Assembly: GCA_000708835.1 (NCBI GenBank)
Contig: DF237000.1
Coordinates: 190,166-254,165 of the forward strand
Origin: Klebsormidium nitens
Taxonomy: Eukaryota > Plantae > Klebsormidiophyceae
DNA: 64,000 bases
Direction of reading: 5' to 3'
Position 1 is the first letter of the stretch. Each line of letters opens with the position of its first letter. A program made the position numbers and the translations under genes. This document shows positions 38,911-51,233 of this stretch, piece by piece. The notes under the pieces are model-generated. The model was not told the origin of the DNA. It searched no databases and saw nothing but the letters and a program-made list of their open reading frames with translations.

Positions 38911-41900
38911 TTACACGGCTCCATCGGTCTCCTGGCTATCTTGCCGAGAAGAAGTTGCTAGAGTCACCCACTCCCGCTGGTACGTGTCGAAGTCAAGACC
39001 TGCGATAGATCGGCAAAGGCTTTATAACCAGTCTAGAATTCATGCGAGCACTGAGATACAGGTATCTGTCTCTTTCGTAGTATTCCTTGCTGGACATTTA
39101 TTTTCCGAACACGCCTATTCCCAGGCTAGGTGATCTTGCAAACTGCTCGGAAGACTTTCACAAATTTCCCCCTAGTCACAGGCATACCATCCTGCCAGCT
39201 TTCGCACAAGCAGGAACGGGCCACGGTTTCCGCACTTCCTGGTAATTCCTCCAAGGACGAGAGTCCTCTTTAGTCCTGTTTACAATCAGGCCTACACCGG
39301 ACATGCCAGAGCCGGCACGTCTGGTCATCTGACTGTGCTAGTGCTCAAATATGAGGAAGTAGAAATGAGTCAGCTCACCTGTAGTCCAGCTAAGTAAGTC
39401 ACAATCTTCAGAGTCCCCTTCGGCCGCAGAAACGTCATCGCCCGGGGGACCGGAATCATCCGTTCCGAAATCTGATGCTTCTCGTCCTGATTTATACCTG
39501 GACACGTAAAATCCAAACAATTTGTTGTTGCGAACCAGAATATCAGCTTTCCGCTTGTCCGCGGAAATTTGGCAGCTACCGTCATGCTATCAGATTGTTT
39601 TCAACCAATTGATCCGCCTTTGCCAAAGGTATTCCACCGTGATCAGGATCGAGCTTTGATCGACGAAAAACATTCGCGCACATACTCTTCTAATTTTGCT
39701 TCGACCAGCGGCCTCAAATCCGCTTGGTCAAATCTGTACCTTCCTGGTTTCTCTTACAGGCGACAGAGCTCTGGAACGTGTCAGTCTGCACACCCGTGAC
39801 CGACCCAACTCGTCATATCTGACAATGCGAAACGACTTCGTTAAGAGGAACTTACATCTGCTGGAACCATTCTAACTTTTTCCGTCGAGCGAGCTGCTCC
39901 AGGTCTTCCCGCCGCTTTAGTTTGGAGTAATGGAACGGTCGCCTGCAGGGAGTGATAGTCAGATAGTTCTGATACCGGTGGAAAGCAATCCTTAAATCTT
40001 CTTTTTTTCGGAACAACACGTACGTTACATAATTAGAGTACTGCTCAGAAACGCTGGGTTTTGTCTTACGTCTGGTCCATAAGTCGTCTCGTGCGTGAGG
40101 CATCGTTGCTTACAGAATGCGCACATACGGGTTCAGAAGACCAAATGACCATACGTTGCGACCCCTTCAACGAAGCCTGTGAAATCTGCTTCCCGCTGAC
40201 GACCTGAATATCGAAACAAGGAAAGCGACCAGAAACGACGAGAGACAATTGTGGATAAGGGTTGCCAGTCTTGACAGTAGCGCCGATCAGACGAACTTTG
40301 TTTCGATTCAGACTTCGGATCCGCAAGGCCAATCAATATCCGGCTCGCTCCCGACCACAGAAAAATCCCCAGAAGTCTTGCGGTACGTTGCTTTCCGTTC
40401 CACTTTGAGCCGCACGAAGCATCGCTTTCCTCAGCAATCAGTCTTCCCTTTGATTTCGCCGGTGCGTCGGCAAAAGCTGCAGGGACTATCCGATATGTGG
40501 ACCGATATCCGAAAACTAGACCGACTTTCGCTCTGGACCCGAAGTTGCGCTAGCGGTGAGCACAAAGCAAATAAATTTAGAAGCTCACCGTACGGCCGCG
40601 GTGCGCACGGTAACTGGGTCCACCGGTTGGAGCAACCGCTCGGCAACCGGGCGCCAGCCGTTGTTCTCCCACCTCAGGTACCAGTCTTCTTCCTCCCCCC
40701 CCGACTGCTTTCGCGTGCCCGGTTGGCGCTTGCCCCGCCTCTGGGACAGGGCGGCGTAGTCCCGGGGGCAGAAGGAGCAGACGTCGGTGACTGGCCGGTG
40801 CGTGTAGATCTTGTAGAAGACCTGCGCGGCGGGATTATTCGCTGTTCAACTATGAGAATAACAGACCGCTTTTGGACACACCAATTAGTGGTGCTCTTCT
40901 CCCCCAATTGGCTCAAAGCTTTGCGCCGCCCGACAGTTAACCTGAAGTGCTATATTGCCGATGCGGTAACACCGCAAACGAGGACCTTGCTGATCAAGCT
41001 GCACGGATCTGATTGGTGTATCGAGACAAGCCGGATATACAATCAAACGAAATGTCGAAAATCAGGCTTGAGACCGTGTGCACGAACTAGCAGTGAGAAA
41101 ACAGCTGACTTGATTTGGAACCGTGCCTGCTAACTTGTCGCACGCCTCTGCAAGGATCAAGGTTTCCGTAAATTGCTGAACTGAAGCGGGTGCAGTCCTT
41201 CCCCGAACACCGAGTTTTCTGCCCTCGACGCAAGCCAAGAGATCCGGAGACCAGACGCACACCAGACGTTGTAAGAGCGCAGGGTTTTCCTCTCGAGCTG
41301 AGCTTACGAGTGCCTATCTAAAAGCGGACCGGTGGGCATCAATGAATCGGCCTCTCGGCGATGAACGTGTGCATTGGGCACATGCGGAAAAGGAAGAAGA
41401 TGAAGACAGAAAACCAAGTAGAGAAGAACACGGAGGAACAGAAGAAAGAGAGAAGGAACGAAAATTACTCACCATAGGAGGGAAAGTATCTCCGCCCAGC
41501 CGGAATCGGACGTGGAGGCCAGCCGCAGCTTCCGCGTATCTGGCCTGCGAACCAAGGTTGAAGGGGTTTGTGGTAAACCCCAGAAAAGTCGTACGTGTTC
41601 TCTTCTCTCGCTTCAGTCAGATCCTCAAACTTTTGGGCTCCCCAAGGTCAAGTCAGGAGGTCAACGCGTTGAGTGAAAGGAAGATAGTGGAAGAAAAGAA
41701 GAACGGGGTCGTTCAGCAGCTCTGCTTACAAGGATGTTTTGCACCTAAGCAGCTATGGTTGAGGTTTTTTAACCAGCTGTAAAACGGCTTCTTTGATAGA
41801 AGGGCATCTAACCGAGGTCTAAGCAGGCTTAGTTAACAGCGGTATTTCCGAAGTGGTTCATATGCATCGAAACTCAAGAATTACTCTCGTGTGGAGCATG

Positions 41901-42990
41901 TAGATCCAACAATTCTTGACACTAGGCGGTTCAGACGCTGCTTTTCCCGTTGGCAACCCCTTCTCTGCGCGCTAGAACACTTAAAACCGTTTATCAAATG
42001 TGAAATACCGATGGAAGGTGGCGTCAGCGAAACACGCGGTAAGCGAACGCAATCGGCTTTGAACCAGACACGGAAAGACTGGCAACGCACACTGATATGA
42101 AAATCCGACCTTCTTGACTCCATCAGCCCGTAAGTACAAGGGGCGAGCTGATGTTACAAACCTTACCTCTGTGGGGTTGATCGAGCGCAGGAGCAGTGCT
42201 GGGTCACCCCTTTCTCGGAATCTGATAAGGTCCCGGAAGTATCGGTAGACTTTTCTGTTCTGCACAAAATCGAGAGCAATGGTAAAGCTGGCAGCTAAAG
42301 ATGGCATGCTGTAAGGACAACCATGCAGTCTGCAGTTCCTCTGGTCCCTCCACGTCAGCAGGCGCCGGGACTAACTTGGCAGAGCTCTCGGGCGGTTTCT
42401 CTGCTTTTTTATCGGCTTTTGAGGGCTTCGGTACACTTCTCGGCAAGGACAAAGAAGCGTGCCGTGCGGCGGAAATCAAAGGCTGTGGAGAAGGCTTTCC
42501 GCTGTGGCCACCTGATTCGAATCATTTCGGAGTAGTATCGGGAAAGAACGATTAAAGAGGGCGCATCATCGCAGTGGCCGTGAACGTCAGCACCGGTCAC
42601 CGCTTAGCAGTATGTCGAGCTTGGGGACACAAACCGGGACAATCTGTCATTCGGCGACAGGTGAGCAGAGCGACCCTGCTGACCAGTCGCTCTGTGAAGC
42701 CAATTCAAATGCGTGTCCATACCTTCTTTTCGAAGCGTCTGCATGCAATTTCCATCTTTGTGTGCGCGGTTCGACGTGTCCCTTCCTGAATAATGGACGT
42801 TCTCAAATGTGCCCCACTGACCTGGAGAATCATCGTACCATCAAAACAACACGTCTGGGGTTTCGAAGAAGAATCATCTAACGAGTGCCAGATGCATACT
42901 TACCCAGTAAGACTTCCAAGCTCGCTGCAGCTTCTTGACGGCTATGTCCCTGCCAGGCGACTCTGGCATGCTGAAGTCCTTCCGTGCCAT
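38911..42990 (-). CDS. MFI: MFI/C11orf65-like IQ-motif protein
   Basis: Phase-consistent exons 42990-42904, 42259-42167, 41544-41473, 40821-40589, 39942-39856, 39497-39379, 38999-38911. Peptide: ...IAVKKLQRAWKSYWNRKVYRYFRDLIRFRERGDPALLLRSINPTEARYAEAAAGLHVRFRLGGDTFPPMVFYKIYTHRPVTDVCSFCPRDY...WYLRWENNGWRPV...DLLSWTTGLDFDTYQREWVTLATSS...*. RFRLGG..FPP..YKI.THRP and ENNGWRP are motifs I recall from the C11orf65 family. The start could lie further upstream (acceptor-like site at ~43019). Confidence 0.85.
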
Positions 42991-43057
42991 GTTGCCGCTC
43001 GTCACATCAGGCAGAACGTCTGCAATCGAGAAGGGGCTCGTTATCACATGAATGTAG

Positions 43058-46000
43058 TTACGGGAGTGGATCTCCGTCCAACTCAAAAGAATCTGATTTG
43101 AGACGGAGGATCTTTTGCGGACTGTCAATCTGCTTTCGCTTTTGCGGTGTCTCAACATCTGAAAGGCAGGCTCTGAGGTTCGTATTTCAATGATCTTCTC
43201 CCGGAAGAGAGGCTGCTTTGAAATGGAGCATCTTTCGCGGACTGTCAAGCTGCTTTCGCTTATCAAGCTGTCTCAACATCTGAAAGCATGTACTGAGGTT
43301 CTTAGTTCCCTGTTCTCCTTCAGGATGAGAGCTGCCCTCTCCGAGGGTGTGCTGCCGACAAACTCTCGGAGGCACCCTTCTTCAGCCTTTGGTACCTCCG
43401 AACGGGTAGCAATTGAGTTGCTTGTCCTCCGTTCCTCAAAGATCTTTGCAGTGACAATCCAATCTACTGACCAACACGGTTACAGCCCCCAATCGAGCTT
43501 CGAAGATGGGCTGCTCCGTCAAGATTTGGCTGGTTGTAGACTAACCGGGGGCAAAGATTAGCCTTTCAAAGCTCAGATTGGAACTTCAAACAAAGTATTC
43601 TCGCGGCGCAACAGTTTAAGAAGATGGTACGTCACAAGAAGACTCGCCGAAGATGCCAGGGAAAAAGGCCACGGCCGAATGCTGTTGCGCTCAGAACACT
43701 TCCTGGTAAGGTGCAACTAGTAATCACATGTTTCTCACGCTATCGTCTTTGGGCTGTCGGGCCCACATTGAGGATTAGCTTTTCAGCATACCTTGCCGCG
43801 TGCTTAGAGGCCTGAGCCCACTCAAGGCGCATGCGTGTCGTCCTTCGCTGGAGGCGTCAGAAGTCTCCAGGCTCAGCTATGTCTCCGAATAAGCAGCAGG
43901 GACGTGGCGTGGGTGCGAGCGTCGCCGCAGGAAACCACCAGCGTGCGGAGGTGGCTACCAATTATTCGCGGCATTGCTACACAACGTCTGGAAAGAGAAA
44001 CAAATCAATCATACATGATCTCATTGAATCATTATATAGAATAACAAAATTAGTAACCGAGTTCCATCTCCCGAGATCCGACCAACTGCTTTCCTCTCTG
44101 CAAAGCTCACCATGTAAAGTTACATCATGGGCAACTTTCGGAGAGAACGTAGTATGCGTCAAGCTTTTGCATGATGGACTGCAGGAGCTCTGACTGACTA
44201 TCTGAACACTGGAGCAATGCTGCAAAGAGCGTGCCAGGTGTCAGCACGGGATGACCTGCTGTTAACCAAGCCTGGTTAGACCTCGTTTAGATGCCCTTCT
44301 ACTAAGGGCCTACTAGTCATCCTGGTTAGAAGCTGGTCAGAAACCTTTCCCTGTAGCTGGGTAGGAGGAGAATCTCCATGTGCAAAGCAAAGATAAGCCT
44401 GCTGCCGGCAGACAAAGCAGCTGGCCCAAGTAACCACTCGCTTACGTCACAGCTAGGTGCAGAAACCGGCCAAGAAGCAGCCCCGCCCTTTCCATGCTTT
44501 TCCAGTTTCCAAGCACGAGGACAGTTTTGACCAGAGGGAACACAAGCAGGAGGCAAACACTTGAATTTTGCTCTCTGCCTAAATTGAAGTCAATCTGTTC
44601 CCTTTTAAATCTACAGAGCCTTTTCAAACAACTTGAGCACTTGTAGAGCCGGGGTTCTCACCAGATGGTCAGTAAAAGGAGAACAACAGCGTACGTCAAA
44701 TCTCTCGGCCACGTGTGCTCGGAGTCAGATCCTTGAGACCTGCTGCCGCCAGTAGCCCCTGAAAAGAGAAAATATAGAGCACCTCAGACTCTGTCCCTGC
44801 AAGCAGACCAATGGCCACGAGCTTGTTACCAGCGATGAGGGGAGTTCTGCCCTACTAGCAAGACGAGACTCGTGTAGCTAAACCATTAGGCTAGACTGAA
44901 GGACCAGGAGCTTCCAATGTTGTCGACAGCGCGGCTGGCGTGCGCACTCAACTTGTTGACGCGAGAAAGAAAGCTGCCCCAAACTTTAACAAAGCCCCAC
45001 GCAAGTTGAAGAACTACAGCAGACTGAAAGGACAACAATCTCAGGATAGCAGAACAGGGCCTTACACCTTCATTGACAAGCGCGGAACGCATGCTCCAAA
45101 TGCCCTGCTTGCCAGTGCCTCTCAGGAAAGCTGCCCGAAACCAAAAGAACTGGGGCGGCCACAGGAAGGGCACGCCCCGTGAACAAGACCGTAGCAGCCA
45201 GAAGGCACGCTGCCAAACCCAAGAAGCAACCTAAGTAATGGAACCCAAATCAGAGGAACAACAGTCCCAGGATAGCAGAACAGGGCCTTACATCTTCATT
45301 TGACAAGCGCGGAACGCATGCTCCGAATGCCCTGCTTGCCAGTGCTTTTCGGAAAAGTTGCCCCAAACTAACAATAGGGAATTTCCTTAGGAGGGGCATG
45401 ACCCATGAACAAAAGTACAGCAACCTCAGGGCAAGCTCTCATCCAAGAAGCAACCTAAGTACTGGATTAGACCTGAACAGACCAGAGGAACAGCATTCCC
45501 AGGATAGCAGAACAGGGCCTTACACCTTCATTGACAAGCGCGGAACGCATGCTCCAAATGCCCTGCTTGCCAGTGCCTCTCGGGAAAGCTGCAACGAACT
45601 GAAAGAACTGGGGCGGCCACAGGAAGGGCACGCCCCATGCACAAGACCGCAGCAGCCGCAATGCAAGCTGTCAAACCGAAGAAGCAACTAACCATCATAA
45701 CGAGCTAGACCTGACCAAAGTATAGGAGCGACAGTCCCAGGATCGCAGAACAGGGCCTTACATCTTCGTCGACAAGCGCGGAACGCATGCTCCGAATGCC
45801 CTGCTTGCCAGTGCCTCTCGGGAGAGCTGCCCCAAACTAGAGAAGGGGGAATCCACAGATTGTGAACTCCGAAGAACAAAACCGCAGGAATTGCAAGGGA
45901 AGGTGCCAAATTTTAAAAGCAACCAACGTAACTAGCTGGATCTGACTAAAGCAGAGGTGACATCAGTCCCAGGATAGCAGAACAGGGCCTTATATCCTCA

Positions 46001-46874
46001 TCGACAAGCGCGGAACGCATGCTCTGAACGCCCTGCTAGCCAGTGCCTTTCGGGAAAGCTTCCCCCAACCAAGAGAACAGGGGCGGCCACAGGAAAAGCA
46101 CGCCCCATGAACAAAATCAAAACAGGCGCAAGGCAAACTGTAAATCCCAATAACTGGTTAAGTCAAGTAACAAGCTGAACCCAACCAAAGCAGAGGAACA
46201 ACAGTCCCAGGATAGCAGAACAGGGCCGTACATCCTCATCGACAAGCGCGGAACGCATGCTCTGAACGCCATGCTTGCCAGTGCCTCTCGGGAAAGCTGC
46301 CCCAAACCAAGAGAACAGGGGCACTTGCAAGAAAGGAACGGAACACCAGAGCAGCCTAACAAAAGCAGTCAAGTCAAGAATGAGCAGCTATCTAAGACGA
46401 GCTGGAATTGACTAAACGGGACAAGAACCTGAGGACTCTAGTTTCTGAACTTTACATTGACTTCGTTGCGAGATGCGTCAGATGTTCTATCTGCAAATAA
46501 CTTTCTAAAAAACTTCCCCGAACAAGACGAGGCGCAAGATTGAAAGTAGCCCAAACCTGACAAACCTGGGCCAGAGTCTGAGGTGCTCACCTCTGCAATG
46601 TCGCTGGTGCAGTTCAAAAATTTGCGCACTCTTGAACCGTCGTCGACTTCTAGCTAGAAGAGTGCGCGCCCTTAACTGTCTTCCAGTGCAAAGTAACTAG
46701 CATCTCCACCGAAAACTCTGCTCAACATGGGAGGCCTTCTGTTCCAACGGCGTGCGAGAGAGAGCTTTTCCACCGCCGTTCCTCCTGATCTAGCTGACGC
46801 ACCTGGGAATGCAAAGGAGGAGCTGGGAGGGCCGCAAACTTGAACCTCGGCAGCGCCGGCACACTCCGCGACAT
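43058..46874 (-). CDS. Uncharacterised multi-exon protein (5' exons clear, 3' structure tentative)
   Basis: Exons 46874-46803 (MSRSVPALPRFKFAALPAPPLHSQ|gtgcgt), 46653-46591 (LEVDDGSRVRKFLNCTSDIAE|gtgagc), one 65-nt cassette (LSREALAS.AF.ACVPRLS..), then a phase-compatible exon near 44860-44790 (AELPLIAGNKLVAIGLL..). Later exons are not resolved. No family recognised. Confidence 0.5.
43095..43305 (-). repeat. Two ~120-bp tandem copies of a putative acceptor and exon start
   Basis: Minus strand ctttcag|ATGTTGAGACA.C...AAGCGAAAGCAG.TTGACAGTCCGC at 43279 and 43158. The upstream copy has an early TGA in the frame that stays open (DVETPQKRKQIDSPQKILRLKSDSFELDGDPLP*) in the downstream copy. Confidence 0.75.
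44990..46345 (-). repeat. Six-copy ~233-bp tandem array, each unit containing a 65-nt exon-like cassette
   Basis: Plus-strand core caggatagcagaacagggcc..gacaagcgcggaacgcatgc..gccagtgcctctc at ~45042, ~45268, ~45500, ~45738, ~45970, ~46208 (periods 226-238). The whole unit is homologous, not only the core. Confidence 0.95.
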
Positions 46875-48149
46875 CCTACTAGCAGATACTGAGATATAGT
46901 CAAAAAGTAGAGTTGTGAAGCTGCAGGTCGCCCAGGGCCAGGGCAGCCAGGGCCAAGGCGATCTGGCTGGCGCCGTGGCGGCGGGCAACCGTCCACAGCA
47001 CATGGTCTGCGCGCGCACGACTGTGGCGCCTTCAGCTACGGTGTATATACTATAATACTACAAAATTCACCTCTATTAAAAGCGAATGGCTTTCCGGTAT
47101 TGTTCCATTCACACGCCTTGTAGTTTACATTATTATATCGTGATTAGTGACGTGGACCCAACGGATGCAGCGATTGAGTTAAAAATTGACCCGTTTGAAT
47201 AAATTCCAGCACAAACCTCGAAAGTCTGGCCGCTTATGTCAAACTTGAGAAGAATTTTCACCGCCAAGAACTGGCAAACTTGCTTGAAGTTGAAGACAGC
47301 GCTTCTTCCTCCCAATTTCAACTTCCAAGTTTCAAGTTCCACGGTTCCACCTCGAGGAAGAACGCAATGTGCCCCCGGTGAGCCTGCATGAGGCCAGTGA
47401 AGGGCTTTCTTGCTCGGGTCTCTTGCTCAGGTTTTGTCCTTGTTGTCTCAAAACGTTTTCATCATGCAGACCGCCGCAGCAAGAGTGCGCTGGCTAAAAT
47501 GGCAGCTAGGGGTCTTGGACATGGCCCCCAGAAAAGCTCATGGAGGAGGTTGTGCAGCTGCAGGTAAGAGATTCTTTCTAGCAGCATTGTTTTCCTGGTG
47601 GTTCACTTGCCTTTCACGGTGGATGCCGGGTGTGTCCGCTTGTCAGTGCCAAGCAAGACAGAGCCGATTGGATGCGAGACGAGGAGTTCTTTGTCGCTCT
47701 GTAGACTAGATGTGTACTCTCTGCATACATCAGAATGCCTAGCCGAAGAAAGGAAACTCTCTGTCGCACACTGCGGTGCCACCATCTAGAGACTCAGGAG
47801 GGTACCACACCAGCATCTAGAATATCGAGAGGGTGGCGCCAGCATTCCATTGCTATTCGTTGGTATCTTTGTCGGTGAACTCGTTCATTTGATTGCCCAG
47901 AAGTTGCTTGGAAGAAAGGGAAGACGGGAATCCAATTTCAAAAGGTTGAGCCACCGCATAACGAGTCTTTTTCTTGGAAAGAAGGCAGCAAGATCCATCG
48001 CATTGCGGGGTACTTCTGTGGAGTTTCCTTATTCACTCTGCAACTTCCAACCCCTCCAGTCCATTCCCCTTACACTATGCCGGCGCCATGCCCTACAAAA
48101 GGAGTACATCGTGTGCCCCTTAGTCTTTGACGTCACTATTGACGTACAG

Positions 48150-51100
48150 GCCACCGCACTTGCCGGTGCAAACGGCCAGTGTCAACCCAGGCTGCGGCGC
48201 CTAGCGATCCCAGCATTGACGCAACAGCACAATCGACCAGCCCTCTAACCCCTCCGCCACGGCGCCCTTCAAGGCTACCGAGAGCAGAAGTTCTGACGGT
48301 CCGTGAAGCACGGCCAGAAGAGTATTGGGAGATCGCTGATACTCATTGTGGGGCGTTCTTTCCGGAAGTAAACCCGGTCCTCGGAGCGATTCTGCGATTG
48401 GACAGGTAAGGCTCGGGTGTTCCTGGGGTTTACGGAGGGTGCAGTAATGCCTGCGACGTCCAATGCGTTTCTTTTGTTCTGTCTGTCCGGTCGACCCTAC
48501 TTTTGAGGGGCATTTGCATCAAGAATGGAACGAGAAGCCTTTTGAGACTGTTCGCACCTGCTCCTGAGGGTTTGGAATCACCAAGGATAAAGGCGGACTC
48601 TCATACGTGGATTCTGAACGCTCTTGTAGTAGTGTTTGTGATGCGGGTCTTGATTGCTGCATGTAAGAGGAGGCAAACGGTATCAAAAGGCACCATGCAT
48701 CTATGTCCTAGACTGCACCCACTTTACCAAAACAGCTGCTTTGATGGATGACACAAACGCGTTCCTTCATCTTTGATGTGCTGTCGTATGAGCACCTCAG
48801 GGTTCGAGTTTCAAAGCAAGGCACCAACAAAAGAAACCAACGTTCTGCTGGCAGGCAGCCTGCCATTGGCCAGGACAGCCTTTGGCAGTAGCCGGTTCAT
48901 AAGACAACTAAGTCTTTTGAGGTTGCTTTTCAACTTTCAAAGTAATATCAGGACTTAGACAAGATTGCCCAACCCTTTTACTGGCTGCAGTGAGACTTTT
49001 TCGGTGAATTCGATTTACCAGACACAAAGTCGCCAGCTTGGTCTGTCTCCTTTAGCCACTGAACGTACACACAACACCGTAAGAAAAAAGACATGAGAAG
49101 CTGCGCTTCTCGGCACAAAGACATCGTTGGGAAGACAGGACCTGTGTGACCATACCATCAAACCCTTCGGATGATATCTGACATCCAGTGCTCTTGCTTA
49201 GGATTCGCCTTAACCATTTGATTTTGTGCCTGCAGGGTCTTCAGCCTAGCAGGGTCCACCGGCGACCCCCGAGACTGTCGGAAGATGGCGCTGGTCGCCC
49301 TCGAATCGGGACCCCAGGTGCTGCGCGACGAGTCGTTTGCGTCAGAGTCCCTCTCGGACGTAGCCCCGCTGAGACCGTTTGTCGCAGGTGCGTGCATGAA
49401 GGATGTTGAAGCTTCGACAGAAGAACAACTCGACGGGCGTCAAGTGGAGCAGGGTTAATTGGACGGACAACAATCATTTTTCCGCTTATTCCTAACGCTG
49501 TCAAGGCCGGGTTGTCCTGTCTCAACCGCTGAACAGATGCAAATTTCTGTACTTGCACACGAATTCCGCGGTTCTAACTTCTGATCACCGGTCACCGCCT
49601 CTGAGCAACTGCGGTTTCTCGCATCTGGTTTGTCTTGCGGAATGTTTTGGACAGCTTCTGTCCGTGCAAATTGGGCAAACATGGTGCTTCCTACTCAATG
49701 CAACAGCTGGTTGACTGTTCACTGACTTCAACACATCTACGGGCAACCTACAGTTACGCCACACCTCGCTTTTTGTCTGCGCATCCTTGAGTGGAATTCC
49801 TTTTCTTCACCTCGTACGTCCATTCAAGGCAGGACAAGCTTCGAACCCGCACCCATAGGCCTTAGGCAACTTGAGAAGAAGGGAACCCTACAAATCGAGC
49901 GTTCCTTCCTTAAACGCCTTCCCTTCGCTCCTGCAGTCGCTTCTGCGGGGCTCCCTTTCCCTGGCGAGCTGTTTGGGGGGAGCCAAGTGGGCGAGCGTGG
50001 AGTCATTGGCACGTGCACGCTGGACCTCACGGGGGAGTTCCTGCCCCGTCGAAGACCCCGAGGTGCGTCACAAGGGGTTGGTTTTAACTTCTTATGGTGA
50101 GGGGTTTCAGGTCAGGACTTGTGCAGTCGTACCGCGTGCGATTACAGGGATTTAAGAGGGAATTGTCTGTGATGTGTACGCTGGACCTCACCGGAGTTTT
50201 TTGCCCCCACCAAAGACCACAAGGTGCGTCGCCGAAACCTTGGGGTGTGAAGTGTTATATTCTCGCGACGTCAGGGGTTCATTCGATGCGACGTACGAAA
50301 TGCGAAGCACCCTGTCCGTTGGGGGGGTTGTCTTGCTGCGTACAAAGAACGCTTAAGTACGTCTGGTATATGTTGTAACCTTCAGGACTCTCATGAAGTG
50401 CCTGAGGTATTCTTAGGCTTTCGGTGTTCTAGATCGCTCGACTTCACGAACATAAATTTGCCAGCACAAGATAATGACGTCTTTTCCACGCGGGACCGTT
50501 TGTAAAACCAGGTTCCGCTGCCCATTGTTCATTCCGCTGAACGGCCCCCGCGCCCGCCCTTCCGCTTCCGTCCGGTGTTATTACGTTCTTTTGTTTGCAA
50601 CTTGTGCTGCTTGTTGACGATGAGAAAAGAGAGGGGAGGCTCTTTATGCAGAAAAGTACGACTCCGCTTGCTTGCTGTTCTTCTGTCACTTCCAACTTCG
50701 TGGATTAGGAAAGAAGATTGAGGTTAAGGAGACCCGATGAGTGGTGTCAAGTTAGTGAAAGCTGGTTCTTGATAATGTCAAGAAGACCGGGCGCTTTTGC
50801 TTCTGCAGCATTTGCTTTGCCTGAGTATGCCTGTAGTTCGTACCATTGAAATTCCTCTGAAAAACGGCTGCTTCAGAAACTAAGGACGGGTTCTGATCTC
50901 CCAGGTAAACGGAGGGTCGGCATCGCATACATATCCAACATGGCAGTTAGGTTGCGGCGCCGGCGTCAGGGTGTGGCGCGCTTGTTAGTCCGAAGAGCGG
51001 AGGCGATCGCCAAAAATCTTGGTTGTCGATCGATGGCACTCCACGTGGAGGAAAAGAACGTGAGCGCGCGGGCTTTGTACGAGCGCGAAGGATTTAGATT

Positions 51101-51233
51101 GATCAAAGTCCCAACCGGCGCCGTATGGCCGCAACCGACGCCGCTTGAGGGGCACACGTTAGTCATGATGATGAAGTGGCTTGGGCATCCAAGTTCAGAA
51201 CCGCCGACTTCAGAGAGCGGTTCTGCTTCGTGA
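48150..51233 (+). CDS. GNAT-family N-acetyltransferase, plastid GNAT7 (At4g28030)-like
   Basis: Exons ~48150-48405, 49236-49387, 49937-50062, 50905-51233. Peptide: ...VREARPEEYWEIADTHCGAF...VIGTCTLDLTGEFLPRRRPRGKRRVGIAYISNMAVRLRRRRQGVARLLVRRAEAIAKNLGCRSMALHVEEKNVSARALYEREGF..IKVPTGAVWPQP. Contains the acetyl-CoA motif A (RRQGVA) and N..A..LY...GF. Start codon unresolved. Confidence 0.88.
50173..50232 (+). repeat. Downstream decayed copy of the GNAT exon 3' end and donor
   Basis: tgtacgctggacctcaccggagttttttgcccccaccaaagaccacaag|gtgcgtc vs true tgcacgctggacctcacgggggagttcctgccccgtcgaagaccccgag|gtgcgtc (donor at 50063); offset 161 bp. Confidence 0.85.

Noticed and set aside
38492-41133. Long plus-strand ORFs 38492-39133 (213 aa) and 40249-41133 (294 aa)
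   Set aside because: They use non-ATG starts, show no recognisable motifs and are antisense shadows over the MFI gene.
44990-46345. CRISPR-like reading of the regularly spaced array
   Set aside because: Eukaryotic context. The units are ~233 bp and homologous throughout, with no unique spacers, and there are no cas genes.
47040-48100. Possible bidirectional promoter with TATATA near 47045 between divergent genes
   Set aside because: The divergent arrangement is real, but the motif is too short and neither TSS can be located from sequence.
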